Shown here piece after piece: positions 1 to 8,425 of a stretch of DNA of 64,000 nucleotides. Position numbers and translations under genes: made by a program. The stretch is from Myxococcota bacterium (GTDB lineage: Bacteria > Myxococcota_A > UBA9160 > JAFDDA01). How positions within the stretch are numbered: the first letter of the stretch is position 1; every line of letters starts with the position of its first letter. The stretch lies in contig OZ245817.1 in NCBI GenBank assembly GCA_965228475.1, positions 4,640,001 to 4,704,000 on the forward strand, written 5' to 3'. The notes under the pieces are model-generated. The model saw nothing but the letters and a program-made list of their open reading frames with translations, had not been told where the DNA came from and did no database searches.

Positions 1-76
1 CAGCAGCGTCGTCCAGGCGGCCCGTCTCGCGGGCGTCCTTCAGGAAGGCCTGGACTTCGGCAGCAGCTAGGCTCAC
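1..76 (-). CDS. 5' end of a gene running off the window (MSLAAAEVQAFLKDARETGRLDDAA...), directly downstream of the sulfite reductase; could be a sulfur-assimilation gene such as PAPS/APS reductase
   Basis: GTG at 76 opens a frame to the window edge with typical codon usage, co-oriented with the sulfite reductase. Product is guessed from context only. Confidence 0.4.
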   Translation of the reverse strand, partial: MSLAAAEVQAFLKDARETGRLDDAA

Positions 77-120
77 GGGCGGGTCCTACCGCCGCGGCGG
101 GCGCAGCCGCAGCCGCGCCA

Positions 121-1893
121 TCATACCGCAGCCCCGGCCGGGCCCGGGGACCCCTCGCTTTTTGCCGCCGGGATGCCGATCCAGCTCCGGAGCTGCTCGG
201 CATCGGTCTGGTCGAGGAAGTCGCCCACGGGCAGGCCCTCGGTGTTGTGCTCCTTGATCGCCCCGAAGAGCCCGACCAGCGCCGGCACCATCTCCTCGCC
301 CGAGAGCCGGGGGTAGAGCGTCTTGCCGATGCGGGTGCCTTCGCGGGAGCCGCCCACCAGGATCACGTGGTCGTTCTTGCCGTAGCCGTAGATGCCGATC
401 TCGGCCGTCGGCGGCCGGGCGCACATGTTCGGGCAGCCGGTCATGCGGATCACGACGTCGACGTCGCCGTGCCCCGCCGCTTCGATGGCGTCGAAGTAGT
501 CGGGCAGGATGCCCTCGGCATCCGTCATGGCGAGGCCGCAGGTGGGCTTCGCCGGGCACGCCATGGCGTTCTTGCGCGCGATCGAGAGCTCTTCGGGAAG
601 CGCCACGCCGTGCTTCTTCAGGATCGCCTCGACGGCTTCCGCGCTCTCGGCGCCCACGAGCAGGAGATCCTGCTGGGGCGTGAGCCGCACGCGCAGGCCG
701 AGGGTCTCGACCGCTTCGCGCACGGCCTTGCGGAGGCTCCCCTTCACGCGCCCGTTCTCGACGGAGACACCGTACCAGCCGCCGCCCCCGCGCATCTCGT
801 GCCAGCCGAGGTGGAGCTCCATCGGCGGGACCGGCGTGGCCGGCGTGTCCTCGAGCGCGATGCCATAGGTGTCGCGCAGTTCCTTCTTCACCGTCTCGAC
901 GCCCAGGCGGCGCATCGTGTACTTCCAGCGCGCCTGGCGGCGATCCTTGCGTTCGCCGTTGTCGCGCTGGAGGATCGCGATGCTGCGGATCGCATCGACG
1001 ACCTGCCCGCGCTGCACGCGGCCGAGGTACTCCCCGAGCAGCGGCGCCGTTTCGGGCTTGTTGTGGGTCATGCCCATGCCGCCGCCCGTCCAGAGATCGA
1101 AGGCGGTGCCGTCGGCGTCCGCGGGGACGAGGCCGACGTCCTGGCTGCGGAGGTCGACGCTGTTGTCGCCCGGGTGGGCCACGCCGATCTTGAACTTGCG
1201 CGGCAGGTAGTGCTCGCCGTAGACCGGCTCTTCCGGGTTCACGACCTGGCCCTTGTGGCCCTCTTCGTCCGAGACGAAGACCTGGAAGTAGGAGCTCGTG
1301 CGCGGCGAGAGCTCCTCGGCGATGTCCTCGGCGAGGGCGTTGCCGCGCGGGTCACCCGCCGGGTCGAGGCCGTCGATCGGCGAGCACATCACGTTGCGGT
1401 TCACGTCGCCGCAGGCCGCGAGGGTGCCGCCGTCGCGGTACTCGCGGTTCAGGTGGCGGATCAGTGGCGCGAGCTTCGGCCCGTAGACGTGGTGGTACTG
1501 GACGGCCTGGCGCGAGGTGATGCGGATCGTGCCGTCGGCGAACCGATCGGCCGCGTCGTCGAGGGCCTGCCACTGCTTCGGCGTGAGCTCGCCGCCGCCC
1601 GGGCACTTGATGCGGATCATGAAGAAGTAGTCCTTCAGCTTCTTCCCGCGCTCGCCCCGGCCCTGCTGCTTGTAGATCCCGAAGAACTTCGAGAGCTCCT
1701 TGGCCGTGTTCGAGATCGTGTCGGCCTTGCCCTCGGAGAGGTCGTCGACCTCGTCCCGGAAGGTGACGCCGCCCTCCGGATCGACGAAGAACAGGCCTTG
1801 GCTCGCGACCTTGATGCGCTCGTTCTTCGACATCTGGGAGACGTCGGAATTCTTGAGTGTGACGGAGGGCTTTTCGGAAGGCTGCCAGGCCAT
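121..1893 (-). CDS. cysI: Sulfite/nitrite reductase, siroheme-[4Fe-4S] hemoprotein subunit (CysI/Sir-like)
   Basis: KFFGIYKQ, FMIRIKCPGG, RITSRQAVQYH, ACGDVNRN, LPRKFKI; cluster ligands CPAKPTC and TGCPNMC. Confidence 0.85.
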   Translation of the reverse strand: MAWQPSEKPSVTLKNSDVSQMSKNERIKVASQGLFFVDPEGGVTFRDEVDDLSEGKADTISNTAKELSKFFGIYKQQGRGERGKKLKDYFFMIRIKCPGGGELTPKQWQALDDAADRFADGTIRITSRQAVQYHHVYGPKLAPLIRHLNREYRDGGTLAACGDVNRNVMCSPIDGLDPAGDPRGNALAEDIAEELSPRTSSYFQVFVSDEEGHKGQVVNPEEPVYGEHYLPRKFKIGVAHPGDNSVDLRSQDVGLVPADADGTAFDLWTGGGMGMTHNKPETAPLLGEYLGRVQRGQVVDAIRSIAILQRDNGERKDRRQARWKYTMRRLGVETVKKELRDTYGIALEDTPATPVPPMELHLGWHEMRGGGGWYGVSVENGRVKGSLRKAVREAVETLGLRVRLTPQQDLLLVGAESAEAVEAILKKHGVALPEELSIARKNAMACPAKPTCGLAMTDAEGILPDYFDAIEAAGHGDVDVVIRMTGCPNMCARPPTAEIGIYGYGKNDHVILVGGSREGTRIGKTLYPRLSGEEMVPALVGLFGAIKEHNTEGLPVGDFLDQTDAEQLRSWIGIPAAKSEGSPGPAGAAV

Positions 1894-1994
1894 GCTTTCC
1901 TCTGGTTTTTCAGGGTTCTCTGTGGGATGCCGGCGCGGGCCGAAGGTAGCGGAGAGGGCATCATCGCCCCAATTACCGCACCAATGAGTAGGTT

Positions 1995-2375
1995 TTAGCC
2001 GAGATCGTCCCGGGTGCGGGTGATGCGGATGCCCGCGTACTCGAGCACGCCGGCGATGGGCTTCGGCTTGCGAACGGTGACGGTGATCGCCTCGACGTCG
2101 AACTTCTCGAGCACGGCGTGCGCGATGCGCTCCCCGAGCGCCTCGACGAGCTTGTGTTCCTGGTTGCCGGCGACGTCCTCGATCACCTCGAAGATCCGCT
2201 CGTAGTGGATGGTGTGGCGGATGTTGTCCGAGCGGCCGGCCGCTCGCAGGGGGCGGCGGGCCTCGAGGTCGAGGGTGACGGGCCGGCGCATGCGCCGCTC
2301 GGCGGCGGAGACGCCGAGGGCCGCGGGGATCTGGATCCCCTCGAGGAGGATCACGTCGGGGGGCGATTCGGGCAT
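1995..2375 (-). CDS. folB: Dihydroneopterin aldolase
   Basis: GVSAAER, TIHY, LVEALGERIA and VRKP match FolB conserved E/Y/E/K residues; GGAGG RBS before ATG 2375. Confidence 0.85.
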   Translation of the reverse strand: MPESPPDVILLEGIQIPAALGVSAAERRMRRPVTLDLEARRPLRAAGRSDNIRHTIHYERIFEVIEDVAGNQEHKLVEALGERIAHAVLEKFDVEAITVTVRKPKPIAGVLEYAGIRITRTRDDLG

Positions 2376-2458
2376 GGGGCCTCCGTGGGCCCGGGAGCCT
2401 AGCTCAGGGGGCCGGGCTACGTTGCTGGCCCGCCCGGCGGGAGCCAAGGAGGTAGGCG

Positions 2459-3646
2459 ATGCAGTTCGAGGACGTGAGAGCGCGAGAGGCCGAGGGTTTC
2501 CTGCCCGTGGCGCGCCGCCTGCCCGTCGCGCTCGTCTCCGGCCAGGGCTCGCGCGTGCGCGACGTCGAGGGGCGCGAGTACACGGACCTCACCGCCGGCT
2601 GGGGCGTGAACGCGATCGGCCACTGCCACCCGGAGCTCGTGCGCGCGATCTCCGAGCAGGCCGGAACGCTCCTCCAGACCACGAACTTCATGTACTCGCT
2701 CCCGCAGCTCGAGCTGGTGGATGCGCTGCGGCGCGTGGCGCCCTCGGCGCTCACGCGGAGCTTCTTCGTCTCGTCGGGGACCGAGGCCATGGACGGCGCC
2801 CTGAAGATCGCCCATCGGGCGACGGGCCGGACGAAGTACGTCTCGACCCAGGGCTCCTTCCACGGGCGGAGCCTCGGCGCGCTCTCGGTGATCGGCCAGG
2901 AACATCACCGCGCTCCGTACGAAGCGCTGCTGCGCCAGGAGAACGCCGCGGTCCCCTTCAACGACGTCGAAGCGGCCACCGCAGCGATCGACGGCGAGAC
3001 GGCGGCGTTCATCGTCGAGCCGGTGCAGGGGGAAGGCGGCGTGAACCCGGCAGCGGACGGCTACCTCGCCGCGGTGCGCGCGGCCTGCACCGAGCACGGC
3101 GCGCTGCTCATCCTCGACGAGATCCAGACCGGCATCGGGCGCACGGGCCGCTGGTTCGCCTGCGAGCACGACGGCGTCACGCCCGACGTGATGACCATCG
3201 GCAAGATGCTCGGCGGCGGCGTTCCGATCGCCGGCTTCCTGTGCACGGAAGACGTCTCGAAGACCGTGCAGTTCGGCGACCACGGCGGCACCTACGCCGG
3301 CAACCTGCTCATGTGCGCGGCGGCGAACACCGTGATCCGCGTCATCGAAGCGGAGGGCCTCGTCGAGCGCGCCGCGCGGCTCGGCGACGAACTCCTCGCG
3401 CGCCTCACCGCCTTCGCCGAGGCCCACCCGGACCGCTGCGAGGTGGCCCGCGGCCGCGGCCTGCTCTGCGGGCTCGTTCTGCGGGAGCCCGAGCTCGCGG
3501 CCCGGGTCCAGCAGCGCGGCATCGAGGAGGGCATCCTCCTGAACGTCGCCGGCGGCCGCGTCCTGCGCTTCTTCCCCGCGCTGAACATCCCCGAGGACGA
3601 GCTCTGGCCGGCGGTCGACCGCCTGCTCGCGCTCGCCGCCGAGTAG
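2459..3646 (+). CDS. argD: Class III PLP aminotransferase, acetylornithine aminotransferase-like
   Basis: SGTEA, SFHGRS, VEPVQGEGG, DEIQTGIGRTG, K-MLGGG, HGGTYAGN; AAGGAGG RBS. Confidence 0.75.
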   Translation: MQFEDVRAREAEGFLPVARRLPVALVSGQGSRVRDVEGREYTDLTAGWGVNAIGHCHPELVRAISEQAGTLLQTTNFMYSLPQLELVDALRRVAPSALTRSFFVSSGTEAMDGALKIAHRATGRTKYVSTQGSFHGRSLGALSVIGQEHHRAPYEALLRQENAAVPFNDVEAATAAIDGETAAFIVEPVQGEGGVNPAADGYLAAVRAACTEHGALLILDEIQTGIGRTGRWFACEHDGVTPDVMTIGKMLGGGVPIAGFLCTEDVSKTVQFGDHGGTYAGNLLMCAAANTVIRVIEAEGLVERAARLGDELLARLTAFAEAHPDRCEVARGRGLLCGLVLREPELAARVQQRGIEEGILLNVAGGRVLRFFPALNIPEDELWPAVDRLLALAAE

Positions 3647-3718
3647 CGCCTGGGGGCCCGAGTAGCGCCTGGGGGCCCGAGTAGCGCCCGGGGGCCCGAG
3701 TAGCGCCCGGGGGCCCGA
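3639..3718. repeat. Four tandem copies of a 19-bp unit (CCGAGTAGCGCC[T/C]GGGGGC) between convergent genes
   Basis: Units read directly starting at 3639, 3658, 3677 and 3696; the first contains the aminotransferase stop codon. Confidence 0.95.
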
Positions 3719-3725
3719 CTCGCGC

Positions 3726-6700
3726 CTAGAGGCCCGAGGGCGTCGGCACCAACGAACCGAGGTTCGAGCCGTCGCCGAATGCGCCCGAGAAGTTGTGCCC
3801 CCAGACCTGCGGCGCTTCGCTGCCTTCGGGCAGCGCGAGCGTGTGCTTGTAGCCGGCGCTGATCTCCCGGATCCGAGGCAGGCCCGGGACAGCCGTCGGC
3901 GTCGGAACGTCGAGGGTCGTGTTGATGCCGAGCTGACCCGAATCGTTGAAGCCCCAGGTGTAGACCGTGCCGTCCGCCGCGAGGGCCACGGAATGGTGCT
4001 GGCCCGCGGCGATCGCGACGATGTCGGCGAGGCCGGGAACCTGGATCGGCACCGTGCTCCCCGGGTTGAACGGCCCGGGGGTGAAGGTCCCCTGGCCGAG
4101 CTGGCCGTGGTCGTTCGCGCCCCAGGCGTAGACGTCGCCTGCCTCGGTCAACGCCAGGGCATGGAGCCCGCCGCCCGCGATCGCGACGACGTTGCTGAGC
4201 CCGACGGCCTGCACCGGCGATGCAGAGTTCGTCGTCGTCCCGTCGCCGAGCTGTCCCTCGGCGTTCCGTCCGAAGGTCCAGACCGCTCCCTGGTGGAGCC
4301 CCATCGAGAAGGATTCACCCGCGGCGACCGCGCGGGTGCCCGAGTTCGCGGAGCCGGCCAGCAGGGTCGGCACGTGCGAGGTCGGCGTCGCGCCGAAGGT
4401 CCCCTGACCGAGCTGACCACCGCCGTTGTTGCCCCAGGTGTAGACGCTTCCGTCGTTGCCGAGGGCGATCGAGTGCTCGCCGCCGGCCGCGACCATCACG
4501 ATGTCCGCGAGGCCGAGAACGACGGCGGGCGTATCGTCGAAGCCTCCCGGCGAGAGGTCGCCCAGCTGACCATGGTTGTCGTTGCCGAAGGCGACCACCG
4601 TTCCGTCGTTCCGCAAGCCGAGCGCGTGATGCAGGTGGGAGGAGACCCGGTTCACGTTGCACGCCGCGGGGCCGAGATCGACCGGCACGAACGCGGAGTT
4701 CGGTGAGTTGCCGTCGCCGAGCTGGCCGAACTCGTTGCGGCCAGTCGCGCGCAGGCCATGGTCCCGCTTCACGGCGTAGCTCTGGAAGCCGCCGGCGGTG
4801 AGCCCGGCGGCATCGAGCGGGTCGAGGGTGCCCGTGTTGCGCAGGTCGGCCTGGAAGGTCGGCCACGGCGCCAGGTGCGGCGCCCACGGGATCCCGAGGT
4901 CCCAGACGTAGATCTTGCCTCCCGCTGCCATGGCGAGATCGGCGTCCCCGTCTCCGTCGACGTCGTCGATGGCCGGGGTCGAGCGCAGGTAGTCGGACTC
5001 GCCCCAGAGATACTTGGGGAAGCCCTGGGCGCCGTTCGATCCGATGGCGTAGAGCGCCGAACGGATCGCGCCGAGCTGCTCCCGCACCGCGCCGCGCACG
5101 ATGTCGGAGCGCCCGTCGCCGTCGATGTCCGCGACGATCGGGCTTCCGGGTACGGGATTCTCCCAAACGAGGTTCATCCCCGTTCCGCCCTCGCCGTTCG
5201 TCATCAGATGCGTGTAGACGTGGGCGCCCGTGTGCTCGTGGACGTGGAACGCGTGGTGCGGCGCCTGGTTGGTCTGCTGATCCTGGCTCCCGGGGGAGAC
5301 CACGATCTCGAGCTCACAGTCGCCGTCTTCGCCCGGCACCATCGCGCCTGTACCGCTCGCGATGTCGGGGAGAGGCCACCCCGAGACCGGCGTTCCGTCG
5401 TGATGCCACATGCGATGCCCGGCGAGGATCTCGAGGTCTCCGTCCCGATCGATGTCGCCCACGACCGCCTCGGGCATGCCGTTGGCGTGGTGCAGATCCT
5501 GGGCGGGCTGCGGCCAATTCAGATTCAGGGGAGACAGTGCGTTCAGCGTGACGACGTGGACCTCGCCGAGGCCGATGAGCCAGTTCCAGATGAGCGTGGT
5601 CGAGAGCGTCAGGACGATGTCGTCCATTCCGTCGCGGTCGAGGTCCGCCAAGGTGGGCGAGCCCATGCCGATGCCCGGCAGGGCCGTGCTCGTCTCGAGC
5701 AGACCCGTCGCCGCATCCAGGATGAACAGGATCGTCTCGAGGTTCGGGTTGTCGTGGAGGAAGAAGACGGTAAAGACGACCTCGTCGCGCCCGTCTCCGT
5801 CCACGTCGCCGATGGCCACCGAAGAAGGCGTTCCCTGCGAGAGCAGGCCGGTGGTGTTCGGGTTCTGCACCGCGTAGGTCCAGAGGGCGTTTCCGTTCGG
5901 CTCGAGAGCGCGGACCACCGGCGCGCCGGCGTTCGGACCGTTCGGGTCGTAGTCGTGCACGATCGCGACGACTTCGCGCCCGCCGAGCCCGTCGACGTCG
6001 GAGATGGCCGGGTTCGTCCGTCCGATGCCCGGATCGAGGGTGAAGCCGGACTTCAGCGTGCCGTCGGCCTCGAAGACCGAGGCGCCGTAGATGATCTCCT
6101 TCGAACCGTCGCCGTCGAGGTCCGCGATCTTGGGCGACTTCATGGTCGGGTCGTGGTTCACGTCGACCGGCCAGCCGGAGAGCAACCCGCTGTCGACGCA
6201 GACGACGACGTAGTCGTAGGACGGCCCCATGTTCCCGGTGTGGTGCACGGTCAGACGGAGCTCGTAGCAGCCGTCGGTGAAGCCGCTCCAGAGTCCGAGC
6301 TGGCCGACGTTGGCGAAGGGCCCGGCCGTCGTGCCGCCCACGGGCGTCCAGGTGTTGGTTCCGAGCGGACGCTCCTCGAGCTCGTAGTAGGAGTAGTTCG
6401 CCGTCCCGGTCTTCCCCATCACGGGGTAGGGCGCGAGGCTCGAGAGCGTCGAGTGATGCAGCGGGTCCGCGATGTAGGCGTTCTGGATTCGGATCTGGTT
6501 GCGATCCTCGCTCTCGGTCCCGTTCGTGGTGTCCTTCGTCACGACGCGCAGCACGTAGTCGCCATCCGCGAAGTTGTTCGTGTTCAGGGTGTGGAGGGTG
6601 CCGTTCACGTCGAGGGGAATCGGGCCGGCGATCTGATTGAACTGGCCGATGGTCGGGTTCGCGCCCGGAGCGATCCAGACCTCGTAGTGCCCGGTGCCGC

Positions 6701-8366
6701 TCGGGCGGAGGGTGTGGCCGACGAGGTCCACGCTGTCGCGCGTCCATTCGCAGTTCGCGGGCTCCATGAGCGCCGCGGTGGGAAGCGGGGTCGCGGGGAG
6801 CGACAGCGCCGCGAAGGCGTCGATGTGGCCGAAGCCCCGGGTCACGTCGAAGAAGGCGCCTCCGGGCTGCCAGGTCGTCGTGGTCTGGCGGATCGCCTGC
6901 CGGATCTCTTCGAGATTCCACGCCGGATACTTGGCGCGCAGCATCGCCGCGAGACCGGCGACGTGCGGCGCAGCGATCGACGTTCCGGAGAGCGGCGCAT
7001 AGGTGTCGTTCTGGATGCCCGTCTGGATCACCGCGGCGTTCCCGTTCTGGACGGCCTGTCCCGTGATGCTCGGTAGATCGAGCGTGGTGAGGACGTCCGC
7101 ACCCAGGGAGAGGTTGGCGACCTGCGTGTTGAAACCGCCCGGCGCCGCGACGTCGAGCTTCACCCCGAAGCTCGAGAAAGGCGATGCCGTGAGGTTCGCC
7201 TGGGCGGCGCCCACGGAGATGCCGGTCTCCACGCCGGTGGGATGGAACAGGCAGGTGTTGCTGTTCGGGGAGTTACCCGCGGCGTTCACCACCACGACGC
7301 CGTTCGCGTAGGCGTAGTCGACGAGCAGCTTGATCGTGCTCAGGTGGGAGAACTCGCGCAGGTTCGTGTTCGCTCCGGCCGGAAAGCCGTAGCTGTTGTT
7401 GATGACGTGGGCGCCGTTGTCGACGGCGTACTGGATGGCCTCGGCCGCCGTGGCCGCGAAGTTCAGCGTGGGCCAGGGAAAGTCCGAGAGGGCCTTGGGC
7501 ACCATGATCCGTGCGTCGTGGGCCATCCCGGCGATGCCCAGATTGTTGTTGGTCTTGGCCGCCGCGGGCCCCGCGACGGCGGTCCCGTGGCCGTAGACCT
7601 CGTCGGGGTCCGGGTCACCGTTCGCGAAGTCCCAGCCGTAGACGTCATCGACGTAGCCGTTGCCATCGTCGTCCTGGTTGTTGTTCGGCGTCTCTCCGGT
7701 GTTCACCCATCGGTTCGGGATCAGGTCCGGATGGGCGCTCAGCCCGGTGTCGATGATGGCGATCACCTGGCCGGCGCCGGTCGACTGCCCCCAGGCCAAG
7801 GTCGCGTTCACGTTGGTCATCGCCCACTGGAGGTTCCAGAACGTGTCGGCGCTGTAGAGCTCCAGGACGACGTCGGGTTCCGCGAAGGTGACCTCGTCGA
7901 GGGCCTGGTACGCGCGGGCGACCTTGGGGATCTCGAGCTGCCAGCCGACCTCGAGCTCGAACACGTGATGCAGGCGCGGGCCGAGGTCGCCTTCGGGCCG
8001 CGGCAGCGCCGCCGCCGCACGCTTCGGGAACTTCTTCTGCACGCGCGCGAAGTGCTCCTCGGAGGTCCGCTCCGGATCGAAGAGCGGCGCGATCCCCCGT
8101 GCGCCATAGCGCGCGTTGAGCGAGCGCATCCCGGGAGGCAGCGGCAGCTCCGCGAACTCGACCCCGGCGCCGAGCGCCTTCACGAGCGCGTCCCCCGCGT
8201 CCGGCTCGAGCTGGAGCAGGACGGCTCCGCGCCGGTAGCCCGGTGCGGCGACGTCGAACGCCTGGGGCGTCCAGGTATCGGCAGAAGGAATCTCGGTCTC
8301 TGCCCCGGCGGTCGCCGGTACGGCGAGGACGAGCGAAGTCAGGACGAGGGTGAGGATGCGAAGCAT
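3726..8366 (-). CDS. Secreted S8 subtilase with prodomain, Ig-like segments, FG-GAP/VCBS repeats and C-terminal RCC1 repeats (1546 aa)
   Basis: Signal peptide MLRILTLVLTSLVLAVPATAGA; triad IIDTG / HGTAVAG / GTSIAAP; DxDGDG repeats; repeated WGxNxxGQLG; AGGAG RBS before ATG 8366. Confidence 0.9.
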   Translation of the reverse strand: MLRILTLVLTSLVLAVPATAGAETEIPSADTWTPQAFDVAAPGYRRGAVLLQLEPDAGDALVKALGAGVEFAELPLPPGMRSLNARYGARGIAPLFDPERTSEEHFARVQKKFPKRAAAALPRPEGDLGPRLHHVFELEVGWQLEIPKVARAYQALDEVTFAEPDVVLELYSADTFWNLQWAMTNVNATLAWGQSTGAGQVIAIIDTGLSAHPDLIPNRWVNTGETPNNNQDDDGNGYVDDVYGWDFANGDPDPDEVYGHGTAVAGPAAAKTNNNLGIAGMAHDARIMVPKALSDFPWPTLNFAATAAEAIQYAVDNGAHVINNSYGFPAGANTNLREFSHLSTIKLLVDYAYANGVVVVNAAGNSPNSNTCLFHPTGVETGISVGAAQANLTASPFSSFGVKLDVAAPGGFNTQVANLSLGADVLTTLDLPSITGQAVQNGNAAVIQTGIQNDTYAPLSGTSIAAPHVAGLAAMLRAKYPAWNLEEIRQAIRQTTTTWQPGGAFFDVTRGFGHIDAFAALSLPATPLPTAALMEPANCEWTRDSVDLVGHTLRPSGTGHYEVWIAPGANPTIGQFNQIAGPIPLDVNGTLHTLNTNNFADGDYVLRVVTKDTTNGTESEDRNQIRIQNAYIADPLHHSTLSSLAPYPVMGKTGTANYSYYELEERPLGTNTWTPVGGTTAGPFANVGQLGLWSGFTDGCYELRLTVHHTGNMGPSYDYVVVCVDSGLLSGWPVDVNHDPTMKSPKIADLDGDGSKEIIYGASVFEADGTLKSGFTLDPGIGRTNPAISDVDGLGGREVVAIVHDYDPNGPNAGAPVVRALEPNGNALWTYAVQNPNTTGLLSQGTPSSVAIGDVDGDGRDEVVFTVFFLHDNPNLETILFILDAATGLLETSTALPGIGMGSPTLADLDRDGMDDIVLTLSTTLIWNWLIGLGEVHVVTLNALSPLNLNWPQPAQDLHHANGMPEAVVGDIDRDGDLEILAGHRMWHHDGTPVSGWPLPDIASGTGAMVPGEDGDCELEIVVSPGSQDQQTNQAPHHAFHVHEHTGAHVYTHLMTNGEGGTGMNLVWENPVPGSPIVADIDGDGRSDIVRGAVREQLGAIRSALYAIGSNGAQGFPKYLWGESDYLRSTPAIDDVDGDGDADLAMAAGGKIYVWDLGIPWAPHLAPWPTFQADLRNTGTLDPLDAAGLTAGGFQSYAVKRDHGLRATGRNEFGQLGDGNSPNSAFVPVDLGPAACNVNRVSSHLHHALGLRNDGTVVAFGNDNHGQLGDLSPGGFDDTPAVVLGLADIVMVAAGGEHSIALGNDGSVYTWGNNGGGQLGQGTFGATPTSHVPTLLAGSANSGTRAVAAGESFSMGLHQGAVWTFGRNAEGQLGDGTTTNSASPVQAVGLSNVVAIAGGGLHALALTEAGDVYAWGANDHGQLGQGTFTPGPFNPGSTVPIQVPGLADIVAIAAGQHHSVALAADGTVYTWGFNDSGQLGINTTLDVPTPTAVPGLPRIREISAGYKHTLALPEGSEAPQVWGHNFSGAFGDGSNLGSLVPTPSGL

Positions 8367-8425
8367 GTGGGACTCCTGAGAAACGGACGAGGAGATGCGA
8401 TGGGAAAGCGGCGGCCGGCTGGGAA

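Noticed and set aside
2..70. 3' end of a plus-strand gene (..QEGLDFGSS*)
   Set aside because: The minus-strand frame starting at 76 fits operon direction better. This cannot be fully settled within the window.
3639..3718. Possible CRISPR array
   Set aside because: Units are directly adjacent with no unique spacers, are only 19 bp long, and no cas genes are present.
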